A DNA stretch of 64,000 nucleotides from Octopus sinensis (lineage: Eukaryota), in the NCBI RefSeq assembly GCF_006345805.1, contig NC_042999.1, forward strand, positions 131,068,001-131,132,000. The letters are read 5' to 3'. Numbering within the stretch: position 1 is the first letter of the stretch; every line of letters begins with the position of its first letter. Positions 1-12,857 of the stretch are shown here, in pieces. A program made the position numbers and the translations under genes. The notes under the pieces were generated by a model. The model ran no database searches and was not told the origin of the DNA. It worked only from the letters and a program-made list of their open reading frames with translations.

Positions 1-419
1 GGACACAAAGTGCCAATGGGAATTGAACTCATCACCTTACCTAACCCGTGTAAGTGGGAAAGTAGAAGTATAATGATGATATGTAGGAAGTCAGATAAAC
101 AACTTGGGGTGCTCAGTGGTGGTAATGATAGTGGTGATAGATGTTAAATTAATTGGTGGTGGTCGTGGTCATCAAGTTTGGTGGAGAAGCAGTATTGGTT
201 GTCAAATTTGGAAGTGGAGCATTGTCAATTACAGTGATAATGAGGTATTGTTAGGCTTGGTGGTGGTGGTGGAGAGAGGTCAAGTTCAGTGGTAGTGGAC
301 TGGTGTTGGTGGTTATTGAGTTCAGTGGAGGCAGTTGTCAAAATTTGTTGGTAGTGAAGGTAATCAAGTTTACTGGTGGTGACAGTGGTCAAGTTTGGCA
401 TCATCATCATTATCATACA

Positions 420-460
<41 letters not shown>

Positions 461-466
<6 letters not shown>

Positions 467-871
467 AAACAAGTCAAAATAGAAAATGCTAAGATAATTT
501 TATAAAGAACATTTTAGTACCGGTTTCGGTCATTTTGAGACCTTTTCAACTGTAACGATTAAATAATTAAATTTAGAAAAATTAGAAGGAAAGTTTTTTA
601 AAGGAATATTGGTATAGTGTTCAAATATAAGTGGCATTCTGCCTTTCTCTGTCTCCCTTGTTTACACAAACAAGGGAGACAGAGAAAGGCAGAATGCCAC
701 TTATATTTGAACACTATACCAATATTCCTTTAAAAAAACTTTCCTTCTAATTTTTCTAAATTTAATTATTTAATCGTTACAGTTGAAAAGGTCTCAAAAT
801 GACCGAAACCGGTACTAAAATGTTCTTTATAAAATTATCTTAGCATTTTCTATTTTGACTTGTTTTTTCAT
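461..871. mobile_element. Near-perfect palindromic (fold-back) element in a (TA)n tract; ~203-bp arms, 4-nt spacer
   Basis: 461-663 is the reverse complement of 668-871 apart from one indel in a T/A run; spacer ACAC at 664-667; flanked by (TA)n. Each arm carries a hammerhead-like motif. Confidence 0.9.
778..820 (+). ncRNA. Minimal type-I hammerhead ribozyme-like motif, U3:A8 core variant (mirror copy on minus strand at ~513-553)
   Basis: ag-TTGAAAA-ggtc(tcaaaat)gacc-GAAA-ccgg-TA-ct: 4-bp helix II, palindromic helix III (ACCGGT), GUA triplet; helix I is weak (2 bp). Confidence 0.55.
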
Positions 872-950
872 ATATATCAACTCGTTATATATATGTATAC
901 ACATATATATATATATAAATACATACATACATACATATATATATACATAT

Positions 951-987
<37 letters not shown>

Positions 988-1064
988 AATATATATACAT
1001 ATATATACATGTATATATATATATATATACACACACACATATATATACACACACATATATATAT

Positions 1065-1099
<35 letters not shown>

Positions 1100-1145
1100 A
1101 TGCATACCTATATACACACATACACACACACGCGCATATATATAT

Positions 1146-1530
1146 AGGTGCAGGCGTGGCTGCGTGGTAAGAAGCTTGCTTTCCAACCACATGGTTCCAG
1201 GTTCAGTCTGAATGTGTGGCACCTTTAGCAAGTATTTTCTACTATAGCCTCAGGCTGACCAAAGCTTTGTGAATGGATTTGGTAGATGGAAACTGAAAGA
1301 AGCTCATTGTGTGTGTGTGTGTGCACCACTATCCACTATTGCTTGACAACTGGTGTTGGTGAGTTTATGTTCATATAACTTAGTACCTTAGCAATAGACA
1401 TAGATAGAGTTAGTACCAGGTTTAACAAAAAATAAATATTGAGAGGGAGTCAAGACATACATGTAAAAATTCTTGAAGGTTGTTTTCCCCAACATGGCTG
1501 AAATCCAACGATTGAAACAAGTAAGAGATA
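1146..1530 (+). mobile_element. tRNA-derived SINE, family A
   Basis: A-box-like TGGCTGCGTGGTAAG and B-box-like GGTTCAGTC head; body GGATTTGGTAGAYGGAAACTGAAAGAAGC; internal (TG)n; many copies in the window. Confidence 0.85.
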
Positions 1531-1599
1531 AGACATAAAGTTACATGTTCATTCATACATATTCACATGGTGTATTTGTGGTCATACATGATATAAAGG

Positions 1600-1870
1600 C
1601 TCTGTAACCTCTTGCTGAAAAACCTACACATGGACAAATTATTTATTTATTGTGATCAAATTTGTGCCGAACATGAACACACTCAATCCATCAAATGAAC
1701 ATTACCTGTACAGGTGCACAGTGTGTCACACATTAGATGTTGAAGAGATCACAGAGGCATGTGAAATGAAGAAATGAAGAACACAATACACCTCCAGTAC
1801 AGGGATTGAAACCATAATCTAGCAATTACGAGTGTGACAACCTAAGCTCTAGGCTATGGACCCTCACTGT
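1600..1870 (-). mobile_element. tRNA-derived SINE fragment, family C-like
   Basis: Resembles the reverse complement of the 42072-42440 head (GATTGAAACC...AACC..TAGGC). Confidence 0.5.
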
Positions 1871-2401
1871 ATGTATATATATACACATATATGTATGTGT
1901 GTGTGTGTGTGTGTGTACATATATATATGTGCATGTATATCATTTAACCACAATAGTGGCTGAATATATTCCACCAATTTTGTCAATCATAGCAGCTTCC
2001 AAGCTTCACCACTAATTCAGTTCTCAACTAAATTGCTAACTGTTAATAGTTTTAAAGAAAACATCTCCTCAGCTACACATTATAAATAGTTTGAGATTTG
2101 GTTCAGTAGAAAAAAGTTACATCAAAATATTTGCTACCTCAAGGGGGGCAGTAAGGTAGATATTCATCTTCAATTAATATAAATTTTTAAATTTTAAAAT
2201 AAAGTATACTTTTCTTAGGCTTAAATGATAGAAAAATGCATGAGGAATTCAGAATTGCTAATTGCATTGAACAAAAATTAGTAGAAAAACAGTTATTAGG
2301 TAAAATGTGATGAAATTTCATGTCAGTAAGTAAGGAAGTTAGGGAGTAACGCTTAAGCAATAAGAATAAAGAATATATTTCTAAAATGAATGCTTACACT
2401 C

Positions 2402-2850
2402 TAAGGCAGCAAGTTGGTGGAAACGTTTGCATGCCAGGTGAAATGCTTAACAGCATTTTGTCTGTATTTAGATTTTGTGTTCAAATTTCGCTGAGGTCGA
2501 TTTTGATGTATAGATTATTTAATTAATTTTTTTTTATAAACACTTTCAAACTTCTGATACTGGTAGAATGTGTCACATAGAACAGGGTTTACCCTTAATG
2601 TTTCTGACAAAATTTTGTATTTTAGAAAGTATTTCGTCTGTCTTTACATTTTGAGTTCAAATTCTGCCGAGGTCGACTTTGCCTTTCATCCATTTCGGAT
2701 CTATTTAATTAGACGTACAGATTATTTAATTAATTTTTTTAAACTAAACCCTTTCAAACTTCTGGTGCTGGTAGAATGTGTCACATAGAACAGGGTTTAC
2801 TCTTAACGTTTTTGACAAAATTTTGTATTTTAGAAGTTATTTCGTCAGAA
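2402..2850 (+). repeat. SINE family B fragment with a ~205-bp-period tandem duplication
   Basis: AAGGCAGCAAGTTGG head; unit ...CAAATT..GC.GAGGTCGA...CTTTCAAACTTCTG.T.CTGGTAGAATGTGTCACATAGAACAGGGTTTAC... occurs twice. Confidence 0.7.
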
Positions 2851-3084
2851 GTTACAGTGACAATAGACAAATTTGTGTTTGATAAGTGCCAGTACATGAA
2901 ACTCTCAGCTTTTGACTTACTCTCTAACTTCTGCCAATGATATATATACATTTTATTTATATGTGTAAAAAAATCTCATCACACAATCAAACCAATCGAC
3001 ACGCTAAAAATAGCAGCCAAAGTATCCCCTTACCTAAATCACATGCCCAATGATTGAAGTGTACTTTTAAATGGGCTGGTTATA

Positions 3085-5275
3085 CAGCACTGGCATAGGC
3101 CATGGTTATGGTCTCACTTGGCTTGCCGGGTCTTCTCAAGCACAGCATATCTCTAAAGGTCTCGGTCACTTGTCATTACCTTGGTGAGGCCCAATGTTCA
3201 ATGGTCATGCTTCACTACCTCATCCCAGGTCTTCCTGAATCTGCCTCTTCCACAGGTTCCTTTGACTGCTAGCATGTGACACTTTTTCACACAGCTGTCC
3301 TCATCCATTTGCAACACATGGCCATACCAGCGCAGTCATTTCTCTTGCACACCACATCTGATGCTTCTTAAATCCAACTTTTCTCTCAGGGCACTTACAC
3401 TCTGTCGTGTATGCACACTGACATTACACATCCAGCGGAGCATACTGGCTTCATTCCTTGCAAGCTTATGCATGTCCTCAACAGTCATGGCCCATGTTTC
3501 ACTGCCATGTAGCATAGCTGTTCGCACACATGCTTCATACAGTCTACCTTTTACTCTGAGCGAGAGGCCCTTTGTGACCAGGAGAGGTAGGAGCTCTCTG
3601 AAATTTGCCCAAGCTATCCTTGCTCTAGCAGCTACACTTTCAGAGCATCCACTCCTGCTACTGACTTGGTCACCTAGGTAATGGAATCTATCAACTACTT
3701 GTAGTTTTTCCCCTGGAATGTGACGGAAGCTGTTCTCTGCACATTTTCAGTGTTATTTATTGCTTCCAAGCATCTGCCACATACAAAAACTATCCTCCCA
3801 GTTAGCGTTCCTTTGATATTGCTGCACCTCTTATGTGTCCATAGCTTACACTGGATACATCGTATGGAGTTTCTACCTACATCTTTTCTACAGATCAAGC
3901 AGGGCTATCTACCTGAAGGGATTTGTGCTTTATCTGCCTTCCTACTTATCAAGAATTTGGTTTTTGCTAGGTTGACTCTAAGGCCCTTTGATTCTAGACA
4001 TTGCTTTCGCACCTGAAACTTCTCCTCTAGTTCTGATAGTGACTCAGCAATTAGAGCAAGATCATCGGCATAGAGAAGGTCCCACGGGCATCCTGTCTTG
4101 AATTCCTCTGATATTTCCTGGAGGACTATGATAAGCAAGAGGGGGCTGAGGACTGATCCGTGGTGGAACACTACCCCTTCCCAGAATTCTTCGCTGTACT
4201 TATTGCCAACCCTCACCTTACTGACAGCATCCCTGTACATGGCTTGTACAGCTCTCACAAACCATTCATCTATCCCTAGTTTTCTCATTGACCACCAGAT
4301 AAGGATTGGGAGAACCTGTCAAAGGCTTTCTCCATGTCAACGAAAGCCAGGTTTATCTTTGGCTAGGTATTTCTCCTACAGCTGTCTTACCAGAAATATA
4401 GCACCAGTGGTGCTTTTCCCTGGCACAACCCAAACTGCATCTCATCTAGAATGAATCTCACCCTAATTAGTTGGGCTATGAGCCTCTCCATTACTTTCAT
4501 TACCTGATCCAACAACTTGATACCTCTAATTATTTGTATCTAATGCGTTACCTTTACCTTTGTAGCAGTTAACTATGGTGCTGCTACACCAATCATTGGG
4601 TATGACTCTTTCATGTATCACCTCATTGACTATACAGGTGACTAGACTATAGCTGACACCGCCAGATATTTTAAGCATCTCTGTGTTGATTCCTCATGCG
4701 CCGGGGGCTTTCCTTGTCTTCATACCCTTAATTGCTTTATCTACCAAGGTACTGTCAATTCAGACAGCTGGTCCTTCTGTTGGGTCAACATTCAGCAAAC
4801 TCTCTTTCTCCCATTCATTCTCTTCATTTAGCAACCTTTGAGAGTGGTGTCCCTAAGTCTCTCTCCTTGTAGCCTAGTTAAATGCAAGTGATCCCTCATC
4901 CATGCGGATACATTTCTCTCCTATGGCATCACGATTCTTTCATGCAGCTTTACAACATAAAACACCTCAAGTCTCTGGGCCTCATGATGCAGAACATTGG
5001 CAAATTTTTTCTTATCTGCTTCCCCTCTGGCTAAATAAACCTGTCTCCTGGCATTCCCTTCTGGCTGTCTGATACAATTCCTTGCTGCCACCATTCTTCC
5101 AGTCATCCTATGCCTGTTTCTTCTCCCTAATGGCCCTGTCAACTACATTGTTCCACCACCACATTACCTTTGGTTGAGAGAGGACTTTGCACTATCCACA
5201 GATCTGGTCAGTGGCCCTCAACAGGTTGTCCCATAGAAACCTCCAGTTGTTGTCCACATCATGTGATGCTATATC
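3085..5275 (-). mobile_element. Degenerate RTE-clade LINE (RT and C-terminal region)
   Basis: Frameshifted ORFs with GSVLSPLL, LLYADDLAL, CIQCKLWTHKRC, MLHGSETW, MLRWMC. Confidence 0.9.
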
Positions 5276-5335
5276 CCCCTCTATTTCATTGTGTGTGTGT
5301 ATACACACATATATCTATCTATATATATATATCTA

Positions 5336-5369
<34 letters not shown>

Positions 5370-5411
5370 CTTTATTTTCTGCTGCTTTAAATAAAGTATA
5401 TATATATATAT

Positions 5412-5451
<40 letters not shown>

Positions 5452-5689
5452 ATAGATAGGGAAACTCAGAGTAACAGATTTTGTTGGATTTTCTGCTGCT
5501 TTAAATAAATCAAATTACTCTACCACTGGTATTTGAGTACTCTTTTTTCCACCTTGTTTCACATTTATGTGTTTACTCCGGTATATATATATATATATAT
5601 ATATATAAATTAATAATAAATATTAGGGAATAAATCCAAACTTACAGGGAAAAATCAGATTTAGGATTGAATCCAATTTTATAGTAAAA

Positions 5690-6092
5690 TATTATATTAT
5701 ATTAAATTAGAGATAAAACCACTATTAGGCAAATCATACAATGAAAAACTTAAGCCAATACATAAGATTATTTAATTTATATTATTTAAATATATAACAA
5801 AATTATTAAAAAAATATAATTACTATAACACTACGATCGTTTCATAGCTGTTAATTTCTTTAAATTTTCAAGTTACAGTCATTCATCAGGTGGTTTAAAT
5901 ATTTAACTTGGCAAGGTTTAATCAATGAAATTAACAGCCATGAAACGAGCGTAGTGTTATATTAATTATATTTTTTCAATAATTTTGTTATATATTTAAA
6001 TAATATAAATTAAATAATCTTATGTATTGGCTAAGTTTTTCATTGTATGATTTGCCTAATAGTGGTTTTATCTCTAATTTAATGTAATATAT
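5690..6092. mobile_element. Fold-back element in a (TA)n tract; ~165-bp inverted arms around a ~70-bp spacer
   Basis: 5695-5858 is the reverse complement of 5927-6090 with a few substitutions; an AT-rich extension lies at 5606-5690. Confidence 0.85.
5826..5896 (-). ncRNA. Minimal type-I hammerhead ribozyme, canonical core
   Basis: Minus strand reads cac-CTGATGA-atgactgt...acagctat-GAAA-cgatcg-TA-gtg: helix I cac/gtg, ~7-bp helix II, palindromic helix III, GUA cleavage triplet. Confidence 0.75.
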
Positions 6093-6749
6093 ATATATAT
6101 ATATGTATATACACATACATATATGTGTGTATATGTTTATATTTATATATATGTGTGTGTATACCGATTTGTTTTACAAGATTCCTGATGTGAAATCGTG
6201 TGTTGAAACAGATATTGTTGTATTTCGAGATGATCATGTTATTTTATTTAATTTTTTCTTTTTCTGCCACATAAAACACATGGAGCACCAAGTAGGAAAA
6301 AGAACAATCATTTTTGACACCTGCTTCTGTTTGCTTTCATTCAAGGTTTCAAAGTTGCTAAATCTACACGAGACATTTGTGCTGTGTATGGAGAAGGTGC
6401 TATGACACCAAACTGCATAATGGTCTTCATGCTTCAAGGAGATAAACTGGACATCATAGCAGCCGACCTATTTACTCCAATGAATATCAATTCTGCTAGT
6501 CCAATAGGAAATTGGCCGAGCTGATGGGCTGCTTCTATGATTACAAACACTCGTCACCTTCACTCAATAGTTAAGGTCCAAAAACTTGATGCATGGCACC
6601 ACAGATTCTGAATGAAAGACACAAACTCCAGAGCTTCTCTATGACTGGCATTTTGCTCACTTAACATTAGGCCACACATGGGCACAAATTTCTTTATTGT
6701 TCACTAACTTCCTTTCCAGCTGATGACAGAGATAGAGAGAGAGAGATAC

Positions 6750-7500
6750 TGGTAGATTCTCTCTCTCATGCATTTCTCCACATTTATCAACCTCTCATAG
6801 TAGCACTTCTGTGTCGCTTTCTTTTCAGTATCAGTGAGTGCAAGTGCACCATTATCACTCCATAAACATTTCCACAATCACATTTCAATTCTTTCCAGTA
6901 GACTTGTTATTCTGAAAACCTCACACCTCTGATTCTCACATGTCAGAACATGTGTAGGCTTCTTTCTTTCCACTTCTCCTATTGTTAATTATACCCAATG
7001 CATAGCTTTCCTGGCTACATATTTCTCTGCAGCATTATCCACTATCATGTCACTGTCTGGGTGAGACCTTGCACCAAACACATATTTGGTTTGCAGCCTT
7101 TCAGTATGTTGTGCTTTAGAAATTTCTAGTTTTTCACTGTCATAAGTCTCAAACTCCTCTTACTTCTCGTCAATGCATCAAATAGTATTTCTCTGAACCT
7201 GATGTTTGTTCAGTAGCTCATTGAGCTTTTATATTTTCCTTCACCAAGCTACCTCTAGCCTCTGGTTTTATCAAGTTTTTATTCTAAAATCAATAACTTA
7301 TTTTAGGTGGTACATTTTTTACCAGAAAAAGACTGATACCATTTTCTGGTAAAAATGGAGTCTATCTAGCATTTATGTTCACCTCATTGCTAAATAATTA
7401 GCTGGTTTCCTTCAATTGCTAACTGCTGCAAATGGTTACATCATTTGCATCACAAAATTCCAGAAGCCTTGATTTTTGGCAATGTTGATGTTGGCATGAT
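6750..7500 (-). mobile_element. Old RTE LINE fragment (region upstream of RT)
   Basis: Similar to 4850-5100, 11980-12200 and 57770-57960. Confidence 0.6.
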
Positions 7501-8339
7501 TTGAGCTCAAAAGTGTAGACAGCTTGAATACCACATGGCATTCTGTCTTTTTAACTGCCCTGCCATCTGTTTGTGACTATGAGACATTTTGCAACCCCAA
7601 CCTTTCCTAATCTTAAATGGTTGGGTGTAATATGAGGGAATATCGGTTGCTATATCTAGCAGTTTGCACACCAGTGTGGAAGCCTTCCCTCATATGTTCA
7701 ATGTAAACATAGTTGTCGTGCGGTCCCAGATCAGTCGTAAATGAAAAAACTGTGAAGAAAAGCACTTCGATCACAACAAATTTGTCATTCATATATTAGG
7801 AACTACAATGTTCAATATAGCCTTAATTTAAGAGTGTTGATTTATAAAACTTGGATACTATTATGAGTAAGTTGAATGACAACTGAACTGTTGTTTACCA
7901 AACCCTGACATGTCTGATGATACAAGTGTTTGCTATAACTGCAATGTCTTTTCCATTATTTATGCAAATACAGCTTTCAGACGTGTAAAATTATATCAAA
8001 CCAAAACAAACTTTATATTTAGAACTGCATCTTGATTGGAAATGAGTTTTTTTCTACAACTCATCATTTAATGTATTTTGCTTGGTGTACTTTAGCAAAA
8101 CAGTCTCATTTTAATAATAGTGAACATCACTATAATTTAACATCTACTTTTCAATGCTTGCATGGATCAAATGGATTTTCTATAGTTGGATATCTTTACC
8201 TACTACTAACCCTTGCCTGTTTCCAAGCAAGGTAATGCTTTCCTGATAGCCAAATGTTTACGATGGAAGACTAGGAATAAATAACTTCGCTTCCATAATG
8301 ATGATGCTCATTAAAACCATGACATGATGTCAAGACAAG

Positions 8340-8495
8340 GGTACATACATACATATGCATATACAGGGTTTCTTTTCGTTTCTGTCTACTAAATCCGTTC
8401 ACAAAGTGAAAGACATTTACCAAAGGTGCTGTGTAGTGGGACTGAACCCAAAACCACATGGTCAGGGAGCAAGTTTGTTAACCACAGAGCCATGC
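8340..8495 (-). mobile_element. SINE family A, 5' part
   Basis: TTTCGTTTCTGTCTACTAAATCC...GTGGGACTGAACCC...AACCACAGAGCCATGC. Confidence 0.75.
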
Positions 8496-8538
8496 AAAGC
8501 TATTTGCATATGGTCAAAATAAACTCAGTTGACAGAGT

Positions 8539-8767
8539 TTTACCCTTTTAGCATTTAAAGCAGCCATATCTGGCCAAAATATTCGACCTGTTTTATGTTC
8601 AAAATGGCAGGATATGGCTTCTGAAACCAACCCTACAATATCATAGTGAAAATGAACAGTTACTTCACCAAAATCTCAAAGCTACAAGATAATGCATGAT
8701 TAATTCAAAATAATGTGAATAAATAAGCATTACTTTTGATGGAATAATGTGAATGCTAAAGGGTTAA
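8539..8767. mobile_element. piggyBac-type MITE (CCCTTT...AAAGGG with TTAA)
   Basis: Termini ACCCTTTTAGCATT / AATGCTAAAGGGTTAA; homologous copies at 22934, 26620 and 44348. Confidence 0.75.
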
Positions 8768-9435
8768 ACTAGGGTTCCTTGGTTCAATATAAATTGAGTT
8801 GAGGGCTCAAGGAATACTTAGATGTTAATGAGATTCAGTTTTATTCTTGAAATTATTACCAATCCTCATGTCTTGAGTTTGACCTAGGGAGGGTGATAGA
8901 AGCAGTTTTTCCAAACATGTATTGAAATAGACATATAAACATCATTGTATTAAGACCTGGGGAGATAGATTGGCAAAATAGAACATTGGACAAAATGCCT
9001 TGCAGTATTTCTTTAAGCTCTTTGTATTCTAGGTTCAAATCTCACGAAAGTCAACTTCCCTTTCATCCCTCAAATAATGGGGTGCAAATACTACTCAAAT
9101 AATAAAGGTTTGATAGTATCAGTAATCACTATCCCACAATTTCCAGGCCTTGTGCCTTTCCTAGAATATTACATTAAGACTCACTCCTCGTCGAAGGGAT
9201 ACATACTTTGAAGATAAGAAGGTTTCATTTCATAGACTAGATTTATGGTAATCAATTATGTCAAACGGAAGTGTCTCAATTTAACAGAATTTGTGTTTAT
9301 GCAACATAACTGGTAGTTAGGTTCAAAATTCTTAAAACTGAATCAAGAAGTCACTCAATTCAGAATTTACAGAATGTAGTACCTGTAGTGTCAAATGGGA
9401 AAAATTAACCATCTGATTCCTAGATCATAATACCT

Positions 9436-12250
9436 GAATCATCATCATCTTAAATGCTTGCATGAAATTTGTTTTATGGTCAGATACCCATCCTGCCATC
9501 AACCCTCACTTGTTTCCAAGTTACAGTAATATTTCTCCATGACCAGACACGCTCTCCTGGAGCCTGGAAGTGGGAGTCATAGGATTGCAATTCATTTCCA
9601 ATTTGTCCTCTTATCATCAACAAAAAAATCTAAGACCAGAACACTATTTAGAATAAAGAGTAAAGTGAGTTGACAGCTCATAGCTGGCTGCTGGTCATAA
9701 ATTTCATACTGTCATAAGTAACCCTCGACCCACAAAAAAACCCCCAAAAAACTTTAGAAAGAATCAATTAGATAGGGAAGTGCAGGAGGAGAGTGGGAGA
9801 TAGCAGGATAGAGATGGTGGCAAAATACTGGACATACTCACAAGGAACGGAGATGAGAGTATAAATGGGAAGGTTGAGTAAAGGAAGAGAAAGATATAGA
9901 CAGTGGCAAGTTCCAGGGCATACCCTTGAAGTTCAAATGCCATAATATAAGTGGCAGGATATTGCGAAGGGAGTGTAATTAAAGAGTGCGAGTAAGTAGT
10001 ATATACAGAGTCAGGGGGCGGGGGCTAGCGGATAGCAATGATATAGAGGAACAGGGGTGTGAGGACATGATTGTGGAGTGTATGAAGGAGGAAATATGAG
10101 AAAGAGGGGAGATGTGGAGGTGTAGATTGGTTTGTTGGAGTAGGGCAAGGGAAAAGTTGTCTTGTTATGTGTGGGTGGAACACCCAGGTCAGGAGCTAGC
10201 AGATAGCAATAATAGAGTGAGACAGGGCATGTGGGTAGAAGGCACAGGGATTGGGAAGTAATCATAATACATAAAGTGGAAATGCGAGGAAGAAAAGAGA
10301 TGTAGAGACGTAGTTTGGTTTGTTGTGGTAGATTGTGTGAGAAATTTTCATAAGTGTGGGTGGAACACACAGCGCTTCTAGAACTCAAGTTTCGCTGATA
10401 TGGGCGGGTCTTTTCAAAAACTTCATATTGCCAGACATCTCAGTCCATTGTCATTTCCTCTGTGAGGCCCAACTTCCTGGGATTGGTCCTTACCACTTCA
10501 TCCCATGTCTTCCTGGGTTTCCCTCTTCCACGAGTACCATCCACTTTCAGTGATCATGCAGCTGTCCTCATTCATATGCATCACATGTCCAAACCAACAT
10601 AGTCTTCTCTCTAGCATGCTACATTTGATTCCTCTTATGCTCAACTTTTCTCTCAATACATTTGCACTTTGCTGTCCATGTGCACTGATGTTGCACATCC
10701 AACGGAACATACTACCTTTGTTTCTCTCCAGTCTACGCATGTCTTCTGCATTCAGAGCCCATGTCTCACTACCATGGAGTATAGCCGTTCATACACAAGC
10801 ATCATATAGGCTATCATTTCTACCTTTCACTCTGAGAGAGAGTCCTTTTGTTGCCAACAGAGGTAATAGCCCTCTGAACTTCCTCCACCCAATTCTTATT
10901 CAAGAAACAATACTTTCAGAGCATCCTCCACCATTGCTAATTTGGTCACCTAGGTAACAAAATCTATTTACAACCTCAAGAGAGCCTCCTGGGCATTTGA
11001 GAGAATCTAATTCCCATGTGCTCTTAGTGCTTATTGTTCCTGCACATATATAAAGACTACTTCATCTGTTAATCTACCTGTGATTCCACTGCACCCTTTA
11101 TCTTCTTTCTTACTAACTTTTGTCTTAGCTAGGTTAATTTTAAGGCCCTTTGATTCCAGGTCTTGTTCTCATACCTGGAATTTCTTCTCCAATTCTGCAA
11201 TAAGAGCAAGGTCATCAACATAGCAGTTCCCACAGGTACCCAGTTTTGAATTCCCCTGTTATGGTCTGGAGGACTATAAGAGTGGGCTGAGAACCAGGCC
11301 CTGATGAACCCCTACCTGAATGCTAAATTCATCACTGTATTCATGGCTGACTCTCACCTTTCTGACAGCATCACTGTACATGGCTTGGACAGCTCCAACT
11401 AGCCACTCCCCTACTCTTAACTTCCTTAGAGACTACCATATAACAGCGGAGAACTCTGTTGAAAGCTTCTCCAGGTCAACAAAGGCTTAGTACAATGCCT
11501 TCTTACTTTTGGCCAAGTATTTTTCCAGCAGCTGTCTCACTAGGGAGACAGCATCTGTGGTACTCTTCCCAGGTACAAAACTAAACTGCATCTCATCTAG
11601 TTTAATTCTATTTCTAATCAATTGAGCTATAACCTTCTCAGAAATTTTCATGATTTGGTCTAGTAGTTTAATACCTCTGTAGTTATTTCTATCTAAGGCA
11701 TCACCTTTACCCTTGTAGCAGTTAACTCTAAAGCTACTACACCAGTCATTGGGGATGGTTCCTTCCTGAATAACCTGATTAACTATATGGTTGACTAAGC
11801 TCTATCCTACACTACTGGAAATTTTAATAATCTTAACAGTGATTCCTGGTGGCCCAGGGGCTTTCCCTGTCTTCATGTCCTAAATTGCTTTATCTAATAT
11901 ACTGTCATCAACTCTAATGGCTGGTTTGATATTTGGTAAATTCTCCTTCTCCCATTCATTTTCCATGTTTAGTAACCTTTTATAGTGACACTTCTGTGCA
12001 TCTTTCTGCTCTGAGTCACTAAGTACAAGCATGCCATTATCCATCTGCACACATTCCACATCTCTATTTTCTTTGATACACTGCTTTGCAATCCCGAACA
12101 CCTTATGGCACTGATCCTCATGTTGTAGAACATTTGCAAATCTCTTACCTTCAGCTAGTGCTTTTGCTATGTTTACCTGATGCCAAGCTGCCCTTTTGGC
12201 TACCTGATATAATTCTCTGCTTTCATTTTCCAGGCCTGTCTTTTTGCATT
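9436..12250 (-). mobile_element. Degenerate RTE LINE with long low-complexity 3' UTR and (GAT)n tail
   Basis: RT remnants 10400-12250 (MFRWMC, WFGHVMHM); G/A-rich internally duplicated 3' region 9770-10380; CATCAT tail at ~9440. Confidence 0.8.
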
Positions 12251-12329
12251 TATAACACTACGCATATATATATATATATATATATATATTCATACATACA
12301 CATATATATATATATATATCCATACACAC

Positions 12330-12857
12330 AGAGTTGTCCTCCAGGCGGGGCCACGGGTTCTGAGGCTCATGGCTCTCAACATGAGTGGCCTTTCCCTCAC
12401 CCACAGCTGTTGCGTACTCCTCAACAGGCCCTTCCTCCTCAGGCCAAACAAAAACGTTTTCATCTTTCATAACGATAAGCAATAACTTGATAAATGAATA
12501 ACATACACTGCTGTCACTGACACTGTAAGACTGTCTGTAATGTGACATCATCATAAGTGAACACAACTCAAAACTACAGAAGTACACAATGCTGCTCAGC
12601 TAGCTACTGCTGCATTGACCAATCACATCTTGTCATGTGTGCACGTAGTCAACCAATAGCATGCCTGATGGACTCTTTGAGACACGCCCGCAACAGACAG
12701 GAACAAATGTATGAATTTTGTTAGTGGATTTAAAGTTAGTGGAAGCTAATTGGTTGCTAACAGTTTCCAAAGTTAGCGAAAATGCTAATCCACTAAGCAG
12801 AAAGTTAGCTTCACTAATTAGCTTGTTAGCAGATTAGTGGGACTGAGCCCATCACTA
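12330..12857 (-). mobile_element. hAT-type DNA transposon, probable 5' end (TIR, GCTAA subterminal repeats, transposase N-terminus)
   Basis: Terminus TAGTGATGGGC on the minus strand at 12857; repeated GCTAA/TTAGC motifs; ORF piece ...ESHEPQNPWPRLE. Confidence 0.6.

Noticed and set aside
100-420. Val/Gly-rich and Thr/His-rich ORFs
   Set aside because: Degenerate (GGT/GAT)n low-complexity DNA with no domain or splice support
827-1211. YI/HT/CV-repeat ORFs, also at 15.5, 17.1, 34.3, 40.2 and 43.0 kb
   Set aside because: Stop-free translations of (TA)n, (CA)n and (TG)n microsatellites
1146-1225. tRNA-like A/B boxes, also at 29210, 42075 and 54730
   Set aside because: These are heads of multicopy SINEs with no complete cloverleaf, not tRNA genes
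3361-4454. Plus-strand ORFs of 98-118 aa, and 10505-10957
   Set aside because: Antisense shadows of RTE reverse transcriptase remnants
6180-6225. CTGATGT...GAAAC hammerhead-like spacing
   Set aside because: The core deviates at A9 and there is no convincing helix I, II or III
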